Assembly: GCA_023245855.1 (NCBI GenBank)
Contig: JAHFJL010000001.1
Span: forward strand, 19,975-83,974
DNA: 64,000 nt
Reading direction: 5' to 3'
Source of the DNA: a bacterium
GTDB lineage: Bacteria; Patescibacteriota; Gracilibacteria; Absconditabacterales; Absconditicoccaceae
Positions 44,014-55,240 of this stretch are shown here, piece after piece; the stretch's first letter is position 1; each line of letters begins with the position of its first letter. The notes under the pieces are model-generated. The model saw only the letters and a list, made by a program, of their open reading frames with translations. It made no database searches and was not told where the DNA came from. The position numbers were made by a program, and so were the translations under genes.

Positions 44014-44994
44014 CTATTCTTTAATGTATATTTTTCTTAATCTCACTATTCACTCTAGGGATAATTTAAATAGTTTGTTTCAAATTTTTATAGCATGATC
44101 ACCAGGAAAACTTTTTATAATTTGTATTAGCTCATTAAATGATTTTACTTCTGCAGGCAATGGGAAATTGGATATTTCTTTCTTTTTAATTTGATATTCA
44201 TACGAATCATTCAAAAACCAAGTTAACGTCTTTACAGAATTTAACATCAATAATGCATGATGTTTTAGCGGTTTAATTCTTATTTTTCATTCTTTATCTT
44301 TCAATTTTCTATGTCTATCTCACATAGAATTACATAATCTATCTATCGCATCTACTATTTGAGAAAATCACATTAACATTTGTTTAATTAGTTGATCCGC
44401 ATGTCAGTCAGGCACTAGATTTAATAAATTCTTAATTTTAACAAAATCTTTTTTAAGATCAGCACTTTCTCATAAAGATTCTCAAGTAATTTTTATATGT
44501 AATCATTCAAAAAACTCCTCTAAAAATGTAGATAGAGTGCCGATTGCTCAATCATAGTCTGTTTTCTTAATTTCATCTTCTGCTTTTTTTAAATGTTTTC
44601 CAATTTCCTGAGAAAGATCAATTTCTGGCTTTATCTCTAAGTCATCAGATTTTTGCTCTAATAGTTTCATTCATATTTTTTTTCATTCCTTTAATCTAGC
44701 ATCCGGAAAATCTATCTGTTTTAAATAACCCATAGCAATCTTGGTTTCAATATATTCAATGAGCTTTATTATGCTCTTGGCAATCATTTGATTACTTTCT
44801 AAAGTCCAAAAACTTCTCATTCTACTAGCTTTTGATTCTCCATTCTGGCTATATTTTTCGTCATAGATATTGATACCAACATCATCGTGGAAAAAATCTA
44901 ACATTGTTCTATTTGAAAAATCAAGAACATATCATCCTTTCATTTGGAATCATTGCTCTAATATCTGTTTATCTATTGATGATAGATCTGCCAT
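44014..44994 (-). CDS. Abortive-infection family protein (Abi_C-like C-terminal domain)
   Basis: 326 aa, every codon checked, about 19 TGA=Gly. C-terminal IDRLCNSMGDRHRK resembles the Abi_C motif (RN..G.aHG). Starts 6 nt after the hsdS stop. Confidence 0.5.
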
Positions 44995-45000
44995 TATTCC

Positions 45001-46134
45001 TTATAATTTAAAACTACTCTGCATTGTCGCCTGATACAGTTCCTCCAACTTCGCTAATGCTTGCTTATGCTTATCAGTACTAGCTTGGAGCTTGGTGATG
45101 ATGTCGGCAAATTTTTGCTGAAGAGAAAGCGGCGGAAGTGGAATATTTAAATTTCTTAAAACATCTAAGCTTAAAAATCATTGCGCTCATCATTTTCAAT
45201 TATTTCATAGTAAGGTTGTCTTAAATTGTTGAAAATTCAATAGGTGGGTTAAATAATATCATATTAAATTATTTCTATTTGGTTTAAATAATGCAACGTT
45301 TTTCATACTAAAAGGGAACTTAAATGTATTTAATACCGCTGTTCACATATTAACTCAAATATTTGTATATAATACATCTTCATATTCAGGATTACATCTT
45401 TGATATATGATTTCATGAACTTCGGAAGATACATAATCTAGATCAGAAAGATCAAATTGGAACTGTCTAATGTTTTTTCATGTTATAAACATGATTCATT
45501 TTTTTAATCTTTCTGGTGTGTCGTGGGTTCAATCAGTAATTTTATTACAGATACTTTTCATTTTCCTCACTTCCCATCCTTTCTCATTCGTCATTGGATC
45601 GCCAAACATCTCCAAAAATATCGCCTTCGTAAGTTCGTTAGTCTTGGTGATTGCTTGCTTTTTGAGGTCGATGAGGGACTGGAGTTTATCAAGTTTATCG
45701 ACGATGGTGCGTTGGGTAGCGAGAGGTGGGAGATTAATCTTTGTGTTCATGAATTCTGGTTTGGTTATATGTACCATAGTTGCTCCATGAGTTCTGCTCT
45801 CAAAATTTTTAATAAGAGAAAGCAACAAATAATAAAAGTATTTCTTATCAATAATTTGTTTATTTTGGATTATCTTAAAAATATGTTGGTTTAACCATGC
45901 GTCACCTCTATTTCGTATAAATGCTCACAAAGATCAAGATCGCGCGAATAACAAATCTCAATCTTCAACTAAATATTTTTTATCAATATTTTTTGAAGAA
46001 TAATTAAAAATAGTATCAGAATTATTTAGATTCTGTATTCTTATAATAGGCAATCCTTCCATTTCTCGCTCTGTTGGCTTAAAGGCTCTACCATTAATAT
46101 AGTCTGCTATTTCTCAAAGTTTATAAGTTTGCAT
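45001..46134 (-). CDS. hsdS: Type I restriction-modification system, specificity subunit
   Basis: Two target-recognition domains. They are separated and followed by the conserved helices PPLATQRTIVDKLDKLQSLIDLKKQ and PLPPLSLQQKFADIITKLQAS. Confidence 0.88.
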
Positions 46135-46141
46135 ATTATTA

Positions 46142-48109
46142 TTATTTTTTTAATGATGCTAAAGATTTGCTTATTTTTTTATCTCATTGAGTTTTGTTTT
46201 CTATTTTACTATGTTTACATATGGATTCATATGTAGTTTCTAGCTGTTGTCTTAAATATTCCAAACGTGTTCTATTCTCCTCAATAATATCTGACCATTT
46301 TCTACAATATACAGATACGTTATTGGTTGGAACCTTATGTATAAGTCATCTATCCTTCTCTCCCCAATTTTGATGGGATTCTATCAATTGATTGATTTCT
46401 CCACTGGTATCAAATTTATCTCAAACTAAGAAAAATTTCCAATCATAGTTGGATCAATTAAAGCGAGGCTCTTTTGTTATTACATTTAGATAATTCTTCA
46501 CCTGATCTACCTCTTTTCTTCATAGACTTATTTTAGGGTGTTTCAATTCAATCACAATATTCTTTACGTTTCATCATCTCCTGTCTTGTCTGCACATAAA
46601 AATATCCAACTCTTTGTTTTTATGCTCATTTTCGATATAAACTTTCTCATCGATCCCATAAAGAACAAACAAAAATTTCCTTAGATTCTGTTCAAAGTCA
46701 GGTTCTGCTGCTCAGATTAAAAAGTATTCATCTCAAAATAATCGATAATGGCTCTCTACCAATTTTTGCAAATTATGTACTTCATCTGCCTTTAGTTCCT
46801 CATCAAAAACATATTGCTCTAAAAACTTTATTACATTTAATCTCTCGTTTATTATATCAATAGTCCTAATTATATTAGATAGTTTTATATCTTTAAGTAA
46901 GGTACCAAACCTTTCTTTTTCCATGTCAGAAAGGGCCAAAACGTTATCTATAATATCAAAAAGTTTGTGACTATTTCCTTCTTCCAATATCGCCGATATT
47001 AATCTAATAAATATTTTTCTTTGGTCGTCTCATAATTTGGTGAATATCTTAGGCTCAACCAGATAAATTTTTTTTATTGTTTCTTTTATAATTCCTGTTT
47101 TCATTTCTCATACTATGGAATCTTCCTCATTAGTAATATCTTCGATATTGGTGTTAACATAAGTCTCGGCTAACGATTCAATGAATGGTCTTCTAAATTC
47201 ATTTAATTGTTTGTTTAGCTGAACCATAAAATCTTTGAAAGTTTCTCTATTATTTTGACTATTCTGTCCCTCAAATAAGAGATTATCTCATCCATCATTT
47301 AATATTTGCTTATCAAAAAAAGATGACTGAATAAATACGCTATGGTGGAAATCATCGGATTGTCTATTTAAGGAAGTTCATTCTTTTAATATTTCCTTGT
47401 CTGCAGAATTTATAAAATAATTTTTAGATTCTTCCTCTATGAGTTTATCTTCCCATTTTATAAATTTTATATCAAATTTTATCTTGTCTATAATTAAAGA
47501 ACTTAGCTTCTCCATAGATATGTACTTTTTATATTCCAATTCTTTCTTATTTATACGTATTGTAATTCCTTTCAATAATAAAATCCAAGAAAATCTAGCG
47601 ATTAAATATTTTTCTAAATCGGTTTCCATGAAGAATTTACTTACGCCAACATCTTCGAAACTAACTTTGGTTCCTGTATACTTACTTTTCTTAGAATTTT
47701 TATCTAAAATGTCATATTTGCTTAAATCTCTAGAAGATACTTTCAATTTTATATATCATCCCTCTTGTCTTGATTCCCACGTTGCAGAAGAAGAAAAACA
47801 GAAAAATGTCAGTCTTCATACTCAATCTTTGCCGAAGACATCTGACTTATTGAGAGATCTATTCTTCTTTGAAAAAAGAAAAACATCAAAAGTCGTAGAT
47901 AAATCTTTCTCAGAAAATCCTCCTCAATCATCAATTATTTCAAATTTAGAAATATATCAAGTATCATCAAAAACATAATTGATATCGATATTCTTTGCTT
48001 GCGCATCAATTGAATTCTCTATATATTCTGAAATCGCTTTATCGGGAGTGTAGTCCTTTAGTCTCTTTCTTATTCAATCATTAGTTACAATTAAATTTTT
48101 TTGTGCCAT
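46142..48109 (-). CDS. GHKL (HATPase_c) ATPase fused to a C-terminal PD-(D/E)xK nuclease-like domain
   Basis: N-terminus: AISEYIENSIDAQAKNIDI...FEIIDDGGGFSEKDL...FGKDGVGRLTFF (Bergerat fold motifs). C-terminus: ELDIFMCR...NIVIELKHP...VDQVKNYL (D..ExK, Shedu/DUF4263-like). 655 aa verified, about 19 TGA=Gly. Confidence 0.65.
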
Positions 48110-48135
48110 AATAGCAATTTACAAACTAAATATAT

Positions 48136-50139
48136 TTATTTATCTTTCTGACTTAAGATAAATTGATAGATATTTTCAGCAACTTCTTTAGCCTCAGCAG
48201 ATAAATCTTCATAATTGTTTATATATTTAATTGCGGTTTCATAAAATTTAACCTTATCTCGTATAGTTCATCATTTGGCCTTATATCTTGTTTTCATCTT
48301 TTTTACCAATAATTTTTTTTCTATGAATTCACCTAACTTAGTCTTTCTGTGATCTCCTATTCTTGTTTTAAATTCCACAGACTGATTTCAACATTTTTTT
48401 TCTAATTCCGTTACGGCATCTTTTAGCACGTTCAATGACAATAGATTTTCTATTTCTCTCACTGGTAATTTATTATATCTCTTTTCTAGTTTTTCTTTTA
48501 ATTTTTCTTTCCTCTCTTTTTTTCTATTTTCTCAATCTTCATCTATAATCAAAAAAGACTTACCACATAATCTATCAATATTAACTTGTTCATGTCAATT
48601 TTCATCATCTAAGAAAGAAAAATGAGTAATATTATTACCTCAATATTCAACAAAACAATAATCAATGTCTTGTTTAACTTCTATAAAATTTGGATTCTCT
48701 TTTTTTTTCTGCTTTTGATAAAGATCAAGATATCTACCTAAATACAATCTATCAGTAATACCTTCGACCCATATTGTGCTATTAGCAATAAATATAGATG
48801 ATTTTTGCACTCAGAGTTCTAGCAATATATTTTCATCACCTGACTTAATATTTTCTATGATAAATTGTTTGTTTTCTGTCTTTCTAGCCTTAAAAATTGA
48901 TATATTGTCAAAGTCCAGGGTCAGATCCAAAAAGTTATTTGAATGTGTTGTTATAAAAAACTGATGCCCAATAAAATCAGAAGTTTTAATCAAAACTTCA
49001 ATGAGTTTTCTTTGCATTCAAGGGTGTAAATATAATTCTGGTTCTTCTATAAAGAAAAGCCCGTTAGTGCATTCAAATAGCGGTAATGTAATTGTTATTA
49101 ACGTTTGTATTCAGTCTCACAGATCATAAATAGCCCTATCGTCTTCGTCTCATATTTTTATATGTAATATTCCATTTTCTTTATCTCGTTTGTCTTTATT
49201 AACATCTCTTCATAAAATATTATTATCCTTTGATATCAAAGTAATATCCTGCCCATCGAATAAATTCTCCTTCAAAAATTCCTGATATTTCTTGATTTTA
49301 TTTCTTTGATCTTGTGTTCACAAAAGCATCTTTTTTACTATTTCGTTAAGCTTTTGTCAAGAATTTATATCCACTTTATAGTCTTTCCCAGCTGTTGTAA
49401 AATAATCTTTTTTTACTTTTTCTTCAAATAAGTCATTATTAATCAAACCTCTCAAGGAATCTACTACTTTGGATGTTACGTCTGATTGAGTTCAACGTCA
49501 AGAGAACATATCTTCCACCCATTTTACTAAAGGTCATCTTATGTTATTAACAGATCTTAAGGCTGGAGTATAATTTTTTGTATAATCAACAAATTTAAAT
49601 AAAGCTAATTCATTAAGATTCTTTATAATATCTGATGCACTAGAAATTTTTTCTTTTAGTGAATTAATGAATTTAACATTTTCCATATAGATAATTCATC
49701 AACTTTGTTTTTGAGGATCACATAAAAGTATTTTATTCAACGTATTTTTCATTGATAATATATCTTCAATATTCTTTTTAGAAAAAAATATATCAAAATT
49801 TCAAGTTAAAGTTGTTTTATCTAAACTGAAAGATCACATATTAAAATTTCAAAATCAAGCATTTTGTTGGTCTCGAACTTGAAGCAAGGATTTTATTAAT
49901 TCATTTAAAGAAGTAATAAAGTCTTTAAAATTGAATGTTAATCTTGTTGGTATAAATTTAAACTCTTCTATCTTTGAAATTTCCCTCATAAAGCGACTCT
50001 TTCCAGAATTATTTGGTCATATAAAAATATTTATTTTTGATAAGCTATTTAATTCTTGCAATCTATTCCCATCATTTCAGAGAAAATCCTTAAAATTTTC
50101 ATTTTGCGGTATTTGAATTTCTTTGAAAATATAGGTCAT
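48136..50139 (-). CDS. OLD-family / PARIS-like ABC-type ATPase fused to TOPRIM (DUF4435-like) nuclease domain
   Basis: Walker A IFIGPNNSGKSRF, signature-like LGDGIQTL, Walker B GLFFIEEPELYLHP, and H-loop FFITTHSNNF. TOPRIM-like region: TIWVEGITDRLYL...FVEYGG...LIIDEDG. 667 aa verified line by line, with 25 TGA=Gly. Confidence 0.75.
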
Positions 50140-50149
50140 ATTGCAACTT

Positions 50150-50245
50150 TTACAAACTAAATATCTCTACAAACTCTCCCGCTGAAGACGGGATAGACAT
50201 CCTTTCTTCGCTTCCTTCTGCTTACGCAGCCAATCAAATGCTCAC
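50150..50245 (-). pseudogene. Degenerate duplicate of the last ~25 codons and stop of hsdR
   Basis: The first 28 nt are identical to 51030-51057, and the last 43 nt are about 80 percent identical to 51063-51105. A 25-nt hairpin-containing insert interrupts it. Confidence 0.7.
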
Positions 50246-50277
50246 CTATTAAATATTGGTTTGTCAAGCAAATTCTC

Positions 50278-50306
50278 TTGCAAAATAAGGTAGATATGAG
50301 TATAAT
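50278..50306 (+). promoter_or_regulatory. Near-consensus sigma70 promoter on the plus strand
   Basis: TTGCAA (50278-50283), exactly 17 nt, then TATAAT (50301-50306). Confidence 0.45.
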
Positions 50307-50312
50307 AATACT

Positions 50313-50382
50313 GGAATTGAAGCTCTTATCGAACTGTGGTCTTTATGGCCTGCGTTCCCTTACGGGATAGATAAGGGTTTTT
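50313..50382 (+). ncRNA. Putative ~70-nt small RNA (promoter-to-terminator unit, no ORF)
   Basis: Bounded by the promoter above and by the hairpin ccctta-cgggataga-taaggg plus T5 (50357-50382). Convergent with the DUF3800 gene, whose stop is at 50389. Confidence 0.3.
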
Positions 50383-50388
50383 CCTTTA

Positions 50389-51021
50389 TTATAATTTTTG
50401 TCTGGGTCGTTGTTGGACATTGATTTCTCTATGAGATATAAAACGACGAAAGTCATTTTTACTTTTACTGTCGCCATAATAGCGATGTATTACTCAGCAT
50501 ACATAATCTACAAGTTGGACAAGATTGTCCGTATGTGAACGGTGCATAGCTACTTTTTTAATCCTCTTACAATTTTTAGTATTCAGTTTGTTTCTTAAAT
50601 ATTTTCATAAGGCATATTTAAAACCTTCGGATCATGTTTTATCTATAATAACGGTAGCATTTTCTATTTTATCTTTTGCGTTTTCGAAAACATATCAACA
50701 TATACATTTATAAAAAGAATCTTTATACTGAAATCATTTTCATGTTACGATTTTCTTATTTAAGACAAAACCATGATAGAAAAAATTGTAATTTGCTACA
50801 GCTTCTAAAAACAATTGTCTGATTTTGTCAGAGTTTTTTTTAAAATGAAATTCAAAATTATCGTGGAGTCAAAGCTCTCTTCTTAATAAATCTATTCTTT
50901 GACTACATGCAATTGCTTCATCGTGATCGTTGAAGACAACTAATGCTATAGAAAAAAATGGACTTGATCATTGATCAAACTTAAAACCCGAATCTCCACT
51001 TTCATCTATATAAATAAGCAT
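50389..51021 (-). CDS. DUF3800-family protein
   Basis: MLIYIDESGDSG... and C-terminal HRSHTDNLVQLVDYVCGVIHRY are DUF3800 hallmarks. 210 aa, 9 TGA=Gly. Starts 8 nt after the hsdR stop. Confidence 0.7.
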
Positions 51022-51029
51022 ATATATGA

Positions 51030-53729
51030 TTACAAACTAAATATCTCTACAAACTCTATCAATTTCTTCGCTTCTTCCTGCTTAAATAATCTATCAAACG
51101 CTCACATGCCAAAGGTTGTCTCAAACACGGGACTATAAAAGTCGTCGTAAGTAATATGCTTCTTCTGAATAATCAATGACTTCACGATCTGCAAAAACTT
51201 GATCTGCGCAGAGTTGAAGTTATTCCCATGGATATGCTGTTCAAAGATTTGATTTACCTCTTGTTCCCAACCAGGCAAAGTACCTTTACCTAACGCCACC
51301 TTGATTAACTGTTCAAAGCTTGCTGTAGGTCTCCCATAGGCTTTCCTCAAATTAAGGACGTTGATATGATACTCGGTATTATTGAGCATCGTTTCAAGTT
51401 CTATAATGTCGCCTTGTGTTAACTCTTCGTTGTTAAGTATCTTCTGGATAGCTTTGGAACTCTTGGCATAGTCTTCCAACTGATGCACAAAAAGTTCCCG
51501 ATACTTATCAGAAGCCATCTTTTTGCCTTCGGTGTATTCTATCCATCTCCTTTCGATGACGGTATCTTCGATATCTGTGATCATAATCTCCGGTTTGGTG
51601 GTGTCCTTGTATTTCATCAGTCAGGTAAACTCTTTTTTTAAGTCTTGGATCTTATCCAAAGATATTTCTTTCCAGTACTTAGGACTAAGTACTTCTTTGA
51701 TAGAAGTTTCTTTATCTTTTACTTTGCTGATATTCCTAGATAGGGCGTTAATATCTGAAGCTATCTTATTTACCAGCACTTTTGTTTCATCGCCCTTTAC
51801 TAAGGCGACTACAAACTGTTCATTCTTAATTAAAAATCTAAGTTCATCAGCACTATGTTTGTCATAGTATCTTACTAATGGTGCAAGTTTTTGAAGCTGT
51901 TCATATGGATTAACTGCCATATTATCAAAAATAGATTCTGACATTACATTATCAATCAAATCTTTGTGAGCGAGTAGTTCGTCGTTTGGTTTCAATCCTT
52001 TGACAAAAATCAGTATCTCTTTTTTTGTCTTCTCGAAATACTTAGTATCTTGTCTATTCTCAAATAGCTTAAGTTGTTCTATCTTAAGTTCAAAGTATTT
52101 TTGTTGGAGCGATATTCATTGTTGGTTTGGTGGTAGGAACTTGTGTGCTTCATCGAAATTGAGCGCGAAATCGATAATCAGAAAATCTTTTTTATCTTCT
52201 CCAGGACCGTAGACATTAGGACGCAACCTCGTTCACCTTCCTACCATCTGCCAAAATTTAGCTTCTGATAATACCTTTTTGGCGAAAACGAGATTTACTA
52301 ATTCAGGAACATCTACGCCCGTATCTAGCATATCTACTGATATAGCGACTCTGTATTTCTTCTCTGTCTTATATTTTTTGAAGTCTTTAAGTAATTGGTC
52401 AGCCCTTTCTACATTGGAAGTAATGACTACGGAAAATTTGTTTAAGTGAGGATAGAGTTCCTCGAATGTTTCCTGTAAGTGTTCGGCATGTTTTTGATTC
52501 ATCGCAAAAATAATAGTTTTCCCCGGAAGTCCGTCTTCACCTTTATATGCTTGTTCCATAAATTCTCTGATGATAGCTCTATTAGTATCTTTGTTGTCGA
52601 TTTTTTTGCCGATCTCAGAACCCTCGAAGTTATAGTCCTCAGGATTTTTTCATTCTTTGATAAGTTGTTCTCTGAGGTCTTTCGGTAATTGTCTTCATTT
52701 GATTCCTTGAATCTGAAATTGTGTCCTTGCCATCAAGACTCTGTACGGCACGAGATATCCTTCCTGTACCGCCTCATCGAGTCAATAATTGTAGGTCGGT
52801 CATTTTTCATGACAATCAAATTCCTTGTACGTACTTCTATCGATAAAATCCACGGGCGTAGCGGTAAGTCCTACATGGTAGCAATCGAAGTGGTCAAGAA
52901 TAGCTCTCCATTCTCCATAAATTGATCTATGTACTTCATCCACGATAATCATATCAAAATATCCACTACTGTATCTGTCCAAATAATTAATCATTGTCTG
53001 ATAATTCGCTGAATAGAGCCTCGCGTTATCATCAGTTTTTCCCGTCTCTATTTTAGTTTTTGGCTCCTCCGGGAAATATACTTTAAATCCATCGTCAAAT
53101 GCCTGATCCCTCAAAGCTGTCCTGTCTGTGAGAAATAATATCTTTTGCGCATTATGCGTTTTCAACATCACATCAATCAATCCCATAGCGGTTCTCGTCT
53201 TTCCGCATCCCGTTGCCATCACAAGCAAAAATTTTCTTTTACCGACACTTATTCATTCTGTAACGGATTTGATTGCTGCTATCTGATAGTGTCTACTTGC
53301 TATATCTGGATCCACTTGTTGACTATTTGGTGATGTTTGAGTCTCATTGAGAAATTTGAGTCTATGTAAGTCATGCAGAGTGAAAAATGTCCTGACTTTT
53401 CTTGGTGATTCTTCTTCAGCAGAATTATAAAAATGAATTTCTTTTCCATTAGAAAGAAAAATAAACGGTTGAAATCACTGTTTATCTTTGAGAAGGATAG
53501 AATATTCCAATGCTTGATATTCTCCATCTCTTGGTGATCTGCTAAACTTTTTTGCTTCGATAATAGCGAGAACTTTTCCATCAGTATCTAACAAAGCATA
53601 GTCTGCAAATAAGGTAGTTCAATTTCTATCTATAGGAAACTCTAGGACTACTTGCCTATGATTATTTATATCCCAGCCAGCTTTCTTGAGTTTGGTATCT
53701 ATCAATAAACGAGTCTCTTTTTCGAGCAT
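51030..53729 (-). CDS. hsdR: Type I restriction enzyme, R (helicase-nuclease) subunit
   Basis: N-terminal nuclease motif ADYALLD...AIIEAKK. Helicase motifs VMATGCGKT, DEVH, LTATP, DMLDTGVDVP and QMVGRGTR. Long C-terminal helical domain. Fragments 51102-51617, 51621-51995, 52233-52559 and 52800-53228 are all in frame with ATG 53729. TAA stop at 51032-51030. Confidence 0.92.
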
Positions 53730-53757
53730 AACGAAAAAATAGAAATAAAGTATATTT

Positions 53758-53785
53758 TTTATAGTGATTTCGGGGGAAAATCCAA
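53758..53785 (-). promoter_or_regulatory. Candidate promoter of the hsd/defence operon
   Basis: On the minus strand: TTGGAT, N16, TATAAA. The -10 lies about 30 nt upstream of ATG 53729. Confidence 0.35.
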
Positions 53786-53790
53786 TCGAA

Positions 53791-53820
53791 TAAAATAAAA
53801 AATCCCCGCTGAGACGGAGA
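53791..53820 (-). terminator. Rho-independent terminator (minus strand)
   Basis: On the minus strand: tctccg-tctcag-cgggga (one G-U pair) followed by TTTTTTATTTT. Insulates the membrane gene from hsdR. Confidence 0.55.
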
Positions 53821-53926
53821 TCTTTTCGTTAAAAATAAAATCAGATATATATTTTTTAAATAAAAAATACAATTTCGATATCATGAAAACACTTCGATAT
53901 CTCAGGTTTTCATTGTATCTCAAACG

Positions 53927-55240
53927 TTAGTTTAAAGTTTGAATCCTTCCTAAATATCTCGCTGCATAATATACAATCATCGACTGCAATCCCACATACA
54001 CCAACACCAAGAAGAAGATAAGCTCGCCTGGCAATTGCGTATAGATCAGCAATATCACGTTCACCACCATCGCTGCGACACAGGAAACAATCCAGTACAT
54101 ATAATCGGTCTTGTTGAATATCTTCGCCAGCATCGGTACCCTATGCGCATAGAAAATCATCGCTGTACTAAAGATATTTCGGAAGATCCCTCGGCTCGCT
54201 ACTGCGCCGATATCGCCGTTGAAATATGAGAACAAGCTCACATAGATCGCGAAATTGATTACGAGGAATACTACGAGATTTTGCAGGATGCTGTTGTATC
54301 AGACTTTCTTGAGCAGCAGCACATTGGCTACGAATGCGAGGATTGTGAGCCGATAGAAAATATGGTTGATGTTTGCAAAACTGCCTACATGTCATATGTA
54401 ATAGATGATAAGGATTGTGACTAGTACGATATTGAAAAGCTCTAGGATCTGCTTTGTAGCGCCCGGCATCGCCGCCAAGAAACCGTATAACTGCTCTATC
54501 CAAGCTGAACGGAAATATTTTTTTTCTGTAGTGATTCTCTCGCCTGCGAGGATACGTCTGACCGAGATATTCTTTTTTTTCTCGTCGGATTGCGGCGTGA
54601 ATTGGAAGACTTTGTAGATGAGGTAATACAGCCCCGTCAGGAGCAATGCATTGATGGATAATGAGATATATACATTTTTTATCTGATCGAAAACGAAGAG
54701 GAAGATGGTTCCCAACGAGAGGATCCCTAATTCATATCGGAGATACTTTTCAACGTCTTTGTGGATATTGACGATAAAAATTATGAACGCGGTGATTGCT
54801 AGATGCATCACCCGCAGCATCGCAAACACGTTCCCCAGCGCTGCTCGTCATCCAAACGCAAACGCTGTGATTAGGATAAATAATATGGAGAGATAGAATC
54901 AAAGTTGAAAGACCGCTTTCCCGTCTTGATATTCAGCGAGAGATGAGATTATCCGTAAAACGAGGTTGAGCGAAAGTATTCATAATGCGGTGTAAGTTGC
55001 ATCCATTCAGAAGTAATTAAGCATCCCGACCAGCCCTGCGAGGATGATGATCCATGCGACGTAGAGCGAATATTTTTGCAGGACTTCAGATCATTTGACT
55101 TTGATGGTCTGGGTCGCTCCGTAATATCCAAAAAATATCCCGATAAATATCATCGGTATCAATGCAAGATATCGTAGTCCTATCCCATAGAAGAAGAGCA
55201 CGAATCAGATGACTACTGTTGAAAGGAGCAATAAAGCCAT
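53927..55240 (-). CDS. Polytopic integral membrane protein (437 aa), function unknown
   Basis: Fragments 53927-54241 and 54392-54829 plus the 5' part up to ATG 55240 form one frame joined by TGA. About 10 or more hydrophobic segments. Confidence 0.6.

Noticed and set aside
47439-47978. 179-aa plus-strand ORF
   Set aside because: It is antisense to the GHKL-nuclease gene and gives a low-complexity Ser/Leu/Phe-rich translation of AT-rich DNA.
53300-53581. 93-aa minus-strand ORF inside hsdR
   Set aside because: It is in the wrong frame relative to ATG 53729. The in-frame reading gives the nuclease motif ADYALLD...IIEAKK and is interrupted only by TGA.
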